Of a DNA stretch of 64,000 nucleotides, positions 32,020-41,413 are shown piece after piece (position 1 is the first letter of the stretch; each line of letters starts with the position of its first letter). The notes beneath the pieces were generated by a model. The model saw only the letters and a program-made list of their open reading frames with translations. It was not told the DNA's origin and did not search any database. Location of the stretch: contig KV454015.1 of assembly GCA_001661245.1 (NCBI GenBank), positions 248,001 to 312,000 on the forward strand, read 5' to 3'. A program made the translations under genes and the position numbers. Source of the stretch: Pachysolen tannophilus NRRL Y-2460. Lineage: Eukaryota.

Positions 32020-32631
32020 CTTAACTATATAGAGTATATTTATATCCAGTAGTAAAATATATAATAATTTATTCGCCGTGTACCCAACTATCAATATGTC
32101 CGTTCTAAGATTTGTCCGTAGTTAAGAGTCTGCATATCTTTTGGCAGAGTTTTAAATTGTTCTTCTTTTTTTTTTCCGAGCGCCCTTATATTATTTTTGA
32201 TTGTTTTTCCGCTAGCTCCCTTGGGTCACTAAATGACACTTCAAAAAAAAAAAATTAGCGGGTCACTAAGTGACACTAAAAGGCCATTAGCATTAGCACA
32301 ATTTTTAGCGCTTTTTTTTCGCGAAATTTCTGCAAGTCATTTTGAAGCACACCCAAAACAGTAAATTACTTGTTAGGATAAATCATAATAATGATTTCAA
32401 TAGGTAATAATAATAATAAAGTATGGAAATTATATGAAAATATATTGAAATAAAGAATAGTTTAGTTTTGTGATATAATATTTGTGTTTTCTATTTATTC
32501 TATTTTTTTTTATTGAGGTTAAGAGAAGTAGGTGATAGTGAAAAGGGAGAAGAACTGGAAAATATATATAAAAAAAAGGAAAGAAATAGGAAATAGGTTT
32601 TGATGTGCTTGTTGTAATTTTATAAAAATTT

Positions 32632-35600
32632 ATGCTTTTTTTCAAGACTACTGGCAAATCGATTAACGTGATTGCTAAACGAAATTTATTCAATACTATT
32701 TTCAATAATTATAATCACAAGATCAGCCAGAACCGTGAGATGTCTGCTTTGAAAATAGGGAGTGCGAATGATGGGTTTTTGAAAGAAGTTCAACAGATTA
32801 TAGAGGTGGATTCTTCCTTTACTGACGATAATAGTCAATGGTCAATTGCATCCAATAATAATAATAACAAACAAGGCGTTTATAATAATTTACATGATGA
32901 AGATGCATTTTCCGATGACGATAATGATGAGTTGATTTTTATAACGAGTCCGAAGAAAGTGAAAAATCAAGAGGACCAAAGAACACTTGTTTTACAAAAT
33001 GAAAATAAATTACTTGGCGGCGGTACAATTGATACTTCTTTTTCAAGTGATCTGTTTGATGAAGCAGTTGATATAATTTTGGAATCAAAGATGGATATCA
33101 TAGAGAAGAAAGCAGCTCGTAACTTGTTTGATGAGACTTATGCTAGTAATAAAAAGAGAAAGATGGAAATACCGCCATGGGAACTTCCTTCTTCACCGTG
33201 TAGTGTAGATGAACAATGTATTGAACAATTGGAAAATAACCAATTAAATACTAATGTTGCTGCTAATGATTTTACTCACTCCGGTTTCAAGTCACCTCCA
33301 CGTTTCCAAAGAAGCTCAACAAAGTTAACTTCAACTAGTACAACAACAAATACTGATGAGTCTCCAAGTTGGCACTCTCGTGAGACATGGTACAAGATGA
33401 AAAATTCAAATCCAAATTCAAATTCACAAAACAATAATATCCATAGCTCCCGTGGAGTGGACTCATCCTCTTCTCCAGTTATTCAAAGGAATAGAGGTAA
33501 TAGAAGAAACCCAATTATAGTGCGAGATTCGTCATCTCCAGCTTCTCGTTCTCTTTCGCATTCTAATTCATTAAAAAGAAAAGACTTACAAGATGATAAC
33601 CCCGAAAACTTGAACCCAGTGATTGGATTAGGTTTAAATTTCCCAATTTCAAAATTAAAAAGAGAACCACAAATTTTAACAAAATCGATGTTAGACTTAA
33701 AATCACCTTATTTTGGGAAATTTAAAACATTAAATGTACCCTCAAAAAGATTTGTTTCTACAGAAGTAAGTTCAAGAAACTCAACTATAGAATTATCAAC
33801 ACAAAAACCTCATATGAATGATCTTCTGTCAATAACAGATTATAATTATAATGATAGAGAAAAGACCAAAAATTTACAATTAAACGAGAATCTGGATCTG
33901 CAATCACAACAACAACTGCAAAATCCTCTGCGTGAGCAAAGAGAACAACAAAATCAGCTGGAGAAAACAAAACCTAAAGCAGTTAAACCTATACTATTGA
34001 GCGAAGAACAAGTTAAAGTAATAGAGTTGGCAAAACAAGGTATAAGCTTATTTTATACAGGATCTGCAGGAACTGGTAAATCAGTCTTATTGAGAAGTTT
34101 AATAAAAACATTGAGAGAGCAACACGGCCGTGACTCAGTTGCAGTCACTGCATCAACTGGATTGGCAGCTTGTAACATAGGAGGTAGCACATTACACTCT
34201 TTTGCCGGTATTGGGTTAGGTAATGGGGATGTTGACTCTTTGATGAGGAAAATTAAAAGGAGTAAAAATACTGTAAATAGATGGAGAAATATTAGAGTCC
34301 TTGTTATCGATGAGATATCAATGATTGACTGCGAATTGCTTGATAAATTGAATGAAATAGCTAAGAGATTACGCTCAACACATAAACCATTTGGTGGTGT
34401 CCAATTAATTGTTTGTGGTGATTTTTACCAATTACCACCAGTTTCAAAAGATGCAACGAATCCAGCAAAATTTGCTTTTGAATCTGATTCATGGAAAGAA
34501 TGCGTTCAAACAACTATTATTTTACAAAAAGTTTTCAGACAGCAAGGTGATGCTGAATTCATTGATTTATTAAATGAAATAAGAAGAGGAATAGTGACCA
34601 ATGAATGTACACATAAATTTAGTATGTTAAGAAGACCTTTGAAAACAGAAGATGGAATAGAAGCGGCAGAGTTATACCCTACCAGATCCGAAGTTGATAA
34701 GGCTAATTCAACAAGATTAGAGAAAATTAAGGAACCAGTAGTAAAATATGAGGCCATAGATAGTGGGTCCATAGAAGACTATGAAAGAAGACAAAAAATG
34801 TTAAACAATTTTTTGGCCCCACGTATATTGCATTTAAAAAAAAATGCTCAAGTCATGATGATTAAAAATATTGATGAAACTTTGGTTAATGGGTCATTAG
34901 GAAAAATAATTGATTTTGTAGATCCTGATACTTATCTTTTTTATGAGGAAACTCGAAAAAATCCATTAAAAGTCGAAGATTCTGACATTATCAAAACTAT
35001 AGAAAGAACAAAAGGTAAAAAACCAGATAGGTTAAGAGAATTAGTTGCTGCAACAGAAGTTATAAATGGCAACAGAGGCATTAGGGGAAATAGTGATGAA
35101 GGTTTAGATGAAACAGTATTTGATTTTTTCAAAAATTATGAAAGTTCATCAACATCAGATCCATTATTGTTAGCTGATTTTAAAAGGAAAAAAGAGTTGA
35201 TCAATTCTTTATATTCTGAATCAAAAGGTAGAAGACTCCCATTAGTTCGTTTTTTACTTTCTGACGGAAACACAAGAGATGTTTTGGTAGAACCAGAACT
35301 CTTTGAAATTGAAGATCCAGCTGATGAAAATAGACCGTTGGCTTCCAGAAAGCAACTTCCTTTAATATTAGCTTGGGCCTTATCTATTCATAAGTCACAA
35401 GGTCAAACCTTGAATAAAGTTAAAGTAGATTTGAGAAAAATATTTGAAAAAGGTCAAGCTTATGTTGCCCTCAGTAGAGCAACCTCAAGGGAAGGTTTAC
35501 AAGTGTTGAATTTCACTGCATCTAAAATAATGACACATCATTTAGTTGTTGATTTCTATGATAGTTTAAAAGGTGTTGATGATGCAATTAAAGGCTTGAA

Positions 35601-35763
35601 AAACAATGAAATAAGTGAAGATGATGAAGAAAAAGATAATGACTATGCCAAATTAACAAAGAGAGAAGATAATCGCATACTTTTCGAAAAAGAAAACGAT
35701 TCTATAGAGTTTGAAGATTCAGAAACAAATTATAACGATTCTGATAAAACATATAGCAATTAA
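32632..35763 (+). CDS. PIF1: Pif1-family 5'-3' DNA helicase
   Basis: Motifs YTGSAGTGKS, TASTGLAA, DEISM, GDFYQLPPV, SIHKSQGQTL and GQAYVALSRA. Confidence 0.93.
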   Translation: MLFFKTTGKSINVIAKRNLFNTIFNNYNHKISQNREMSALKIGSANDGFLKEVQQIIEVDSSFTDDNSQWSIASNNNNNKQGVYNNLHDEDAFSDDDNDELIFITSPKKVKNQEDQRTLVLQNENKLLGGGTIDTSFSSDLFDEAVDIILESKMDIIEKKAARNLFDETYASNKKRKMEIPPWELPSSPCSVDEQCIEQLENNQLNTNVAANDFTHSGFKSPPRFQRSSTKLTSTSTTTNTDESPSWHSRETWYKMKNSNPNSNSQNNNIHSSRGVDSSSSPVIQRNRGNRRNPIIVRDSSSPASRSLSHSNSLKRKDLQDDNPENLNPVIGLGLNFPISKLKREPQILTKSMLDLKSPYFGKFKTLNVPSKRFVSTEVSSRNSTIELSTQKPHMNDLLSITDYNYNDREKTKNLQLNENLDLQSQQQLQNPLREQREQQNQLEKTKPKAVKPILLSEEQVKVIELAKQGISLFYTGSAGTGKSVLLRSLIKTLREQHGRDSVAVTASTGLAACNIGGSTLHSFAGIGLGNGDVDSLMRKIKRSKNTVNRWRNIRVLVIDEISMIDCELLDKLNEIAKRLRSTHKPFGGVQLIVCGDFYQLPPVSKDATNPAKFAFESDSWKECVQTTIILQKVFRQQGDAEFIDLLNEIRRGIVTNECTHKFSMLRRPLKTEDGIEAAELYPTRSEVDKANSTRLEKIKEPVVKYEAIDSGSIEDYERRQKMLNNFLAPRILHLKKNAQVMMIKNIDETLVNGSLGKIIDFVDPDTYLFYEETRKNPLKVEDSDIIKTIERTKGKKPDRLRELVAATEVINGNRGIRGNSDEGLDETVFDFFKNYESSSTSDPLLLADFKRKKELINSLYSESKGRRLPLVRFLLSDGNTRDVLVEPELFEIEDPADENRPLASRKQLPLILAWALSIHKSQGQTLNKVKVDLRKIFEKGQAYVALSRATSREGLQVLNFTASKIMTHHLVVDFYDSLKGVDDAIKGLKNNEISEDDEEKDNDYAKLTKREDNRILFEKENDSIEFEDSETNYNDSDKTYSN

Positions 35764-35794
35764 GTATATTTAGATATATAATAAAAAAAATTTT

Positions 35795-38047
35795 CTATTT
35801 TACTAAAAATTCATTCAAGAAATCTTTAGCACTTGATGCCAATGCTCTAGTAACTCTGGATTCAAAATCCAAACTATTAGAATTCTTGTTATTACTGTAC
35901 TCCCTGTCTTCGTCTAATTTGGTAATGCTTTCATTTAATTCTTTTTGTAAAGCTAAATAACGAGTGAGGATATAATTGTTGTAATCAATATTTTCCACTA
36001 CTTCTAATAGTTTAGATAATAACAATAATTTCTTCTGCATTATTGTTGAAATTTCCAACAGCGTCATTTTCCTCTTATCAACGAGCTGGTAATTAGTTAA
36101 TTGGTAAAAGACTAACCAGTTTTCCTGCAAGATATTTAAAATAGCCGGGTGTTTAGAATGTAATTTCCTGCTGTCCAAAACAGAATTAGCTAGTTTTAAT
36201 AAATCTGGGAATGAATCTGACGAAGATGTAGAACACTGAAATTGTATTTGCCTTATTAATAATCGGAGTAATAGCGGATTAGTACATTTGGGAATATCAG
36301 CCAATTGCGATTCTAAATCATCAGCACTGGTGCCAATAACGCTATGTAGCTCTTTTAACAATTCGTCATCGTTGTTCAATCCAATGATTACGCTTTTAAA
36401 TAATTCATATGCATTAGTATCAATCTTTTCGATATCATTCAATTCAAAAATTTTATCAATAACTTCATTGGGTGTTAAATCCAACAATGACAGTGGTTTT
36501 ATTGACAAAAATTTGTAAGAGGAAACTCTTCCTAAAATTTCTAGCAAATTTATCAAAATTATACAATCGTTGTCTTTGTCAAATTTTATCATTGATAAGC
36601 AGTTCAAAATATCACAGCAATTTTGATATTTGTCATTATTTTTCACATTAATAGAATTCATTGATTTGAAGTAAATCCAAAAGTTATCAATTAATAATTT
36701 TTTCTTAATAACAGAGTTGATCTTAAAAGTTTCCAAAAATTTTCCTTTGATCAACAAGGTATATTTGTTTAAAGAAATTAAATTTTTAAATAAAATCAAA
36801 TCAACTTCTGCTTTATCTAATCGATTAAAGACTTTTGTATGTTCCAACAACCAGTATATTGAGTTAATTAAAGTCAACCAATTTGAATCATTTGGAATTT
36901 TCCTATTTTCATCAATTAATTTTAACAAGACTGATAATTGTAATTCATAAGATGAACTTGACATTTTTAAAATATCTTTAAAAGACAAATTGCATTGGTA
37001 TAATTTTTCATAACTTGTAATCAATTTCATTAAAGAAAACAATGATTGTGGAGATTTTAAATGAGGATATTTTAATAAAAGCTCTTCAACATTATTTATA
37101 AGTTCTATATCTTGGCCATCCATTGGATTATTTCCATCAACTTCTTTTAATTCAATTGAATCTTCAACTAAAAAAATGATATTTTTCATATATGTTAATA
37201 TTTTTTCATTTACAATTGGACATAAATAAAAAGCTGCTAAGACAATTGATGAAAACTTTAAATAATTTTCATGATCATTTTCAATAAAACTAATCAAAAA
37301 TGGTTCATTTTGGAAAATTGAAACTAATAAATTTGAATAATTTTGAACTAGTATAGATTCATCAGATACTAAAAGATTGCTATTAACATAATTTAAAAAC
37401 CAGTTGTTAAATATACTAAAGTCCCCTTTATTTGCAATTCTTAAAAAAGGTGATACCGATTGATTTAACGTTCTTCCACTAAGATTTGATAACATCAATG
37501 AAAGTATTTCATAATTACCTAAATCATTTAAAACCAACAAATTTGGTATAGACAAATTATCTTGTAAATTGATCAATGGTATAATTAAACCTTCATACCA
37601 ATCTTGAACTTGTTTATTCTTTAAATTCAATAAAGATGTATATTTTTGGAACAATGTAGAATAATCACCAATTAAACCATTTATACTAGAAAATCTTGAT
37701 CTAATAAAATTAAATTCATCATATGTGACAGAATTATATTTTAAGACAGAACATCTTTGATCTATAAATTTGGACAAGCTATTAAACCTCTTCTCAACAA
37801 TAGCAATTGAAAGCTTATCAATCTCTTTATTAATCTCATGATCAATATGATGGGCAAAATCTTCATTTATATATGCAAATAACTGATCGAAATCATTAAA
37901 TGAATCCGGCAATAATACTAATAACATCTTAACAACATCGTTTATAGACAATATACCACCAGTTGACAAATTTGATAAATCCCCATTTGCAATATCACTT
38001 GACAACGAAAGAAATATCTTCTTGAATGTGATATCTGGTTCCTCCAT
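35795..38047 (-). CDS. SEC39: Probable Dsl1-complex subunit Sec39
   Basis: Helical 750-aa protein with an N-terminal LLVLLP pattern and WYEGLIIP; lies near MRPL4 as in S. cerevisiae. Confidence 0.6.
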   Translation of the reverse strand: MEEPDITFKKIFLSLSSDIANGDLSNLSTGGILSINDVVKMLLVLLPDSFNDFDQLFAYINEDFAHHIDHEINKEIDKLSIAIVEKRFNSLSKFIDQRCSVLKYNSVTYDEFNFIRSRFSSINGLIGDYSTLFQKYTSLLNLKNKQVQDWYEGLIIPLINLQDNLSIPNLLVLNDLGNYEILSLMLSNLSGRTLNQSVSPFLRIANKGDFSIFNNWFLNYVNSNLLVSDESILVQNYSNLLVSIFQNEPFLISFIENDHENYLKFSSIVLAAFYLCPIVNEKILTYMKNIIFLVEDSIELKEVDGNNPMDGQDIELINNVEELLLKYPHLKSPQSLFSLMKLITSYEKLYQCNLSFKDILKMSSSSYELQLSVLLKLIDENRKIPNDSNWLTLINSIYWLLEHTKVFNRLDKAEVDLILFKNLISLNKYTLLIKGKFLETFKINSVIKKKLLIDNFWIYFKSMNSINVKNNDKYQNCCDILNCLSMIKFDKDNDCIILINLLEILGRVSSYKFLSIKPLSLLDLTPNEVIDKIFELNDIEKIDTNAYELFKSVIIGLNNDDELLKELHSVIGTSADDLESQLADIPKCTNPLLLRLLIRQIQFQCSTSSSDSFPDLLKLANSVLDSRKLHSKHPAILNILQENWLVFYQLTNYQLVDKRKMTLLEISTIMQKKLLLLSKLLEVVENIDYNNYILTRYLALQKELNESITKLDEDREYSNNKNSNSLDFESRVTRALASSAKDFLNEFLVK

Positions 38048-38283
38048 CACCACCTTTTCTATTTGATTTTCTTTTCTTCTTCCTTGGTAATATAATTAAT
38101 TAATTTAATGATTTCAACTTAAAAGTATTAAATATATTTTCATTTTGGGGTAATTTATTAGTATTATTATTATTTTTTTTTTTCATTTAGAATATAGTTG
38201 AGATATTTTATATATTTTAAATATATATTTATTAACAAGAGTTTGAATAATAAAATTGTTGAAAAGCCAGAGGAAGAAGAAAG

Positions 38284-38976
38284 ATGGCGTCTTATACTTC
38301 AATCAATGATGTTACGGTGTTCAATTTAGATTCTGAGAATAATATTAAGCTGTTGAAGAAGTATTTGCTTACGAGAACCGAACTTTGGAGTCAATTAAAT
38401 AAGTTGAAGCAGAATGATTTAGAATCACTTGATGAGTTGAATAAGATATTTATATCATTAGAAAGGTCATATTTGATTCTTAATAATTTATTTAAAGATC
38501 ATTTTCAACATAATTATTTAAATTATCTTACAGAGAGTTCAGCAAATAAGTTTATGGATGTAGAATCAAAATTAGTTAGGATAAATGATAAGTTAAGTCT
38601 GTTAAAAATTTTTACTAAAAATTTAAAAGATTTAAATTCGATAATAAGTGGTGAGTTTAAGAGTAGCGGAACATATAGAATTAGTCAAGATGAGATTCGT
38701 GAAATTTTTGGACATGAACTTTTAACTGAAGATGAAATTAATCTGATTTTTAAAAAAGCAAGAATTGTGGATCATAATAATAATAATAATAATAATATTT
38801 ATGAATTTAGAATGATTGATTTTAGTAAGAATTTGGATGATTTAAATAATTTATTAAATGAACAAAAGATCAAGTGTGAAAATTTGAAGTTGAAGATAAT
38901 AACAGATAAAGAGAATTGGATTCAATTGAGTGGTAAATTAAATAAAGCAATTGATTTATTACAACAAGAAAAATGA
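38284..38976 (+). CDS. Hypothetical coiled-coil protein (230 aa)
   Basis: Clean ATG ORF with heptad-like Leu spacing; no recognised motif. Confidence 0.65.
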   Translation: MASYTSINDVTVFNLDSENNIKLLKKYLLTRTELWSQLNKLKQNDLESLDELNKIFISLERSYLILNNLFKDHFQHNYLNYLTESSANKFMDVESKLVRINDKLSLLKIFTKNLKDLNSIISGEFKSSGTYRISQDEIREIFGHELLTEDEINLIFKKARIVDHNNNNNNNIYEFRMIDFSKNLDDLNNLLNEQKIKCENLKLKIITDKENWIQLSGKLNKAIDLLQQEK

Positions 38977-39097
38977 ATTTAAAAAAAAATATTAAAATTT
39001 TTATTTTATATACAAGAAATAGTATCTTTTCTTTTGTTTTTGAATAGATATCTATATATATATATAGATGTGTGTATATTAATTCAGTTTCAAATTA

Positions 39098-40018
39098 TCA
39101 AAGGGATTTTCCATTTTCATTTTCATTTTCATTTTCATTTCCATTTCCATTTCCAACTTCATATTGTAATCTATTTTCAACAAACAGTTGAACAAGTTCA
39201 ATATCAAAATTTTTTGTGAAAACTTTATGATCAGTTAATCTATATTGTTTAATTTTTTCATAAGCTTCATCAAATCCCTTTTGTGTTGGTTCTGCTTCAA
39301 AAATTGAAAAAAATTCAACAATATCTTTTAATTCATCTTGTTTATCTTTATTAAATCTTTTAAATTTTAATTCTCCCATAAATCTAACACCTTTAACATA
39401 ATTAACATCAATAACCATATCAGGTTCAAAACTTGTTGGAATACCAAATATAGCATATTGGAATCTTTCTAATCTATCAAGCCAATCTTGACTTTCTACA
39501 TCTTGTTCAGAATCCAAATATCTTTGTTTAAAATCTTTTAAATATTCTTCAAGTTTTGTCTTATCTCCATTAATAAAATTATTATGTGAATGATATCTTT
39601 CACTAAGAACATGTTTAATCCTCCACATTGTCTCCCTTAAGACATCAGATTGTTGCTCATAAACTTCAGAAGAAGGTGAATCAATACTAGACATTAATCT
39701 TTGTTCTCTTGCTAAAATATTTCTTTCTTTTAAACAAATATACCATAAACAATGTAAATCATCAAATCCTTTTCTTCTAAGTTCTTGTACTGTCCAACTC
39801 CTACCACTAGATGTCACTTCACTAGGTGCCCTAAGAAACGTCTTATTCGAAAAAAATTGCCATAAAGGATGATCATCATTTATCTTTAAATTATTTATTG
39901 TTGGTACTATTGGTCTACGTAATTTAATATTTGGTGAAACCCTTTTCCTAAGCAGTGCCAGAGAAGAAGTATGAAACTTGGCAACCCCAAAATTTTTAAC
40001 ATTTCTAAAATGTAACAT
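39098..40018 (-). CDS. MRPL4: Mitochondrial ribosomal protein uL29m
   Basis: Motifs HPLWQFF, GRSWT..ELRRK.FDDLH.LWY..LKERN and M..IKHVLSER. Confidence 0.93.
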   Translation of the reverse strand: MLHFRNVKNFGVAKFHTSSLALLRKRVSPNIKLRRPIVPTINNLKINDDHPLWQFFSNKTFLRAPSEVTSSGRSWTVQELRRKGFDDLHCLWYICLKERNILAREQRLMSSIDSPSSEVYEQQSDVLRETMWRIKHVLSERYHSHNNFINGDKTKLEEYLKDFKQRYLDSEQDVESQDWLDRLERFQYAIFGIPTSFEPDMVIDVNYVKGVRFMGELKFKRFNKDKQDELKDIVEFFSIFEAEPTQKGFDEAYEKIKQYRLTDHKVFTKNFDIELVQLFVENRLQYEVGNGNGNENENENENGKSL

Positions 40019-40424
40019 CTCCTATCAAAAAATCAAACCTTTCCCAAAAACCTTTGATTCTATAATAATTCCACAATTCTACCAATCTTTAATTCCCATC
40101 AAATATTTAATACCATTCGTTCATTCTAACAATAATATTTTGAAAAATTTTCGAAAAGACGGACATTTTTCTTTTAAACTGAAAAAAAAACAAAAAAGTA
40201 CAACTTTTCCTAAACAGGTATTCCAAAAATGTAACTTCCCTATTGATCTATTACTTTCCTGTTTGGGATTTTGGTTAAATCAAACGACAAAAAAACCATC
40301 AAAAGGGAGAATTTTTTTTTTTGATATTGCGTTTTTAAACGGCGGTTAAAATCAAAAAGAACAAGAACAAGAACAAGAACAAAGAAAAGGAAATGATGTT
40401 ATTTCAAAATTAAAAGAAGTCATA

Positions 40425-41102
40425 ATGATTAAAAGTATATTTTGTGGAGTGCGGTGTATGGCGCTTAATAGTGGGAATATTGGTTTATGTGGAAAAAGTT
40501 TTAATAAAGTTTTGGGAAAGAGTTTCCGTAGCTGGACGATATCTTTTAGTGGTTCATCTTCAACTTCATTATTTGGAACTAAACTTGAACTTGAACCTAA
40601 TTCTAATTCTAATTCTAACACTAAGAGTGGCGATGAAGAAGAAGAAGATAATCAGGTGAAAGTAAAGTTGAAGTTACCGAAAAAGACAAAGATGCCACCT
40701 AGACCTAAAGTGAATGAAGATGAGATAGAAGAAAAATTTATTAAAGGTGGTAGTGGGAAAGGTGGACAGAAAATTAACAAGACAAATAGTAAAGTACAAC
40801 TTACACATATATTAACTGGATTAGTTGTTACATCTCAGGCAACAAGATCAAGAGAACAAAATAGGAAAATTGCAAGAGAAATATTGGCGCTTAAGTTACA
40901 AGATATACAAGATCCAATAAATTCAAGATTAAATATTTTAAAAGAAAAGAAGAAATTACAAAATGAAAAGAAAAAAGCTAAAAGTAAGAAAAAATATCAA
41001 AAATTACAACAAGAAAAATTGGATACCGAGAATAAAGATTCAAATGAAGAACAAGAGTTTATCAAGAAACTTATATTAAAAAAAGATATTGAATTAAATT
41101 GA
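40425..41102 (+). CDS. Mitochondrial GGQ peptidyl-tRNA hydrolase/release-factor homologue (C12orf65/YLR281C-like)
   Basis: EEKFIKGGSGKGGQKINKTNSKVQLTH..TG and TRSREQNR..AR; basic C-terminal tail. Confidence 0.85.
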   Translation: MIKSIFCGVRCMALNSGNIGLCGKSFNKVLGKSFRSWTISFSGSSSTSLFGTKLELEPNSNSNSNTKSGDEEEEDNQVKVKLKLPKKTKMPPRPKVNEDEIEEKFIKGGSGKGGQKINKTNSKVQLTHILTGLVVTSQATRSREQNRKIAREILALKLQDIQDPINSRLNILKEKKKLQNEKKKAKSKKKYQKLQQEKLDTENKDSNEEQEFIKKLILKKDIELN

Positions 41103-41413
41103 ATTCATATTGTTAAAGAACTCAGACACATAAGAAATCAATATCATATCAATGGAATTATTTCCCAATGAGGAATTAATTGGTGCTTCATTATTTTTTT
41201 TTTTTAAAGAAAAAAAATCAACTAACTATTTATCTATAGTAAAATATATACAATATTATTATTATTATTACTATTATTAACATTTTTTATTATAATTGGG
41301 AATTCAAGATTATAATAATAAGAATTTCCAGTTTTCCCTTTTTTTTTGGTTTTTAATTTTTTTTTTTTTTTTTTTTTTTTTTTGTTGGTTTGGTTCTTTT
41401 TTGTTTTCACAAT

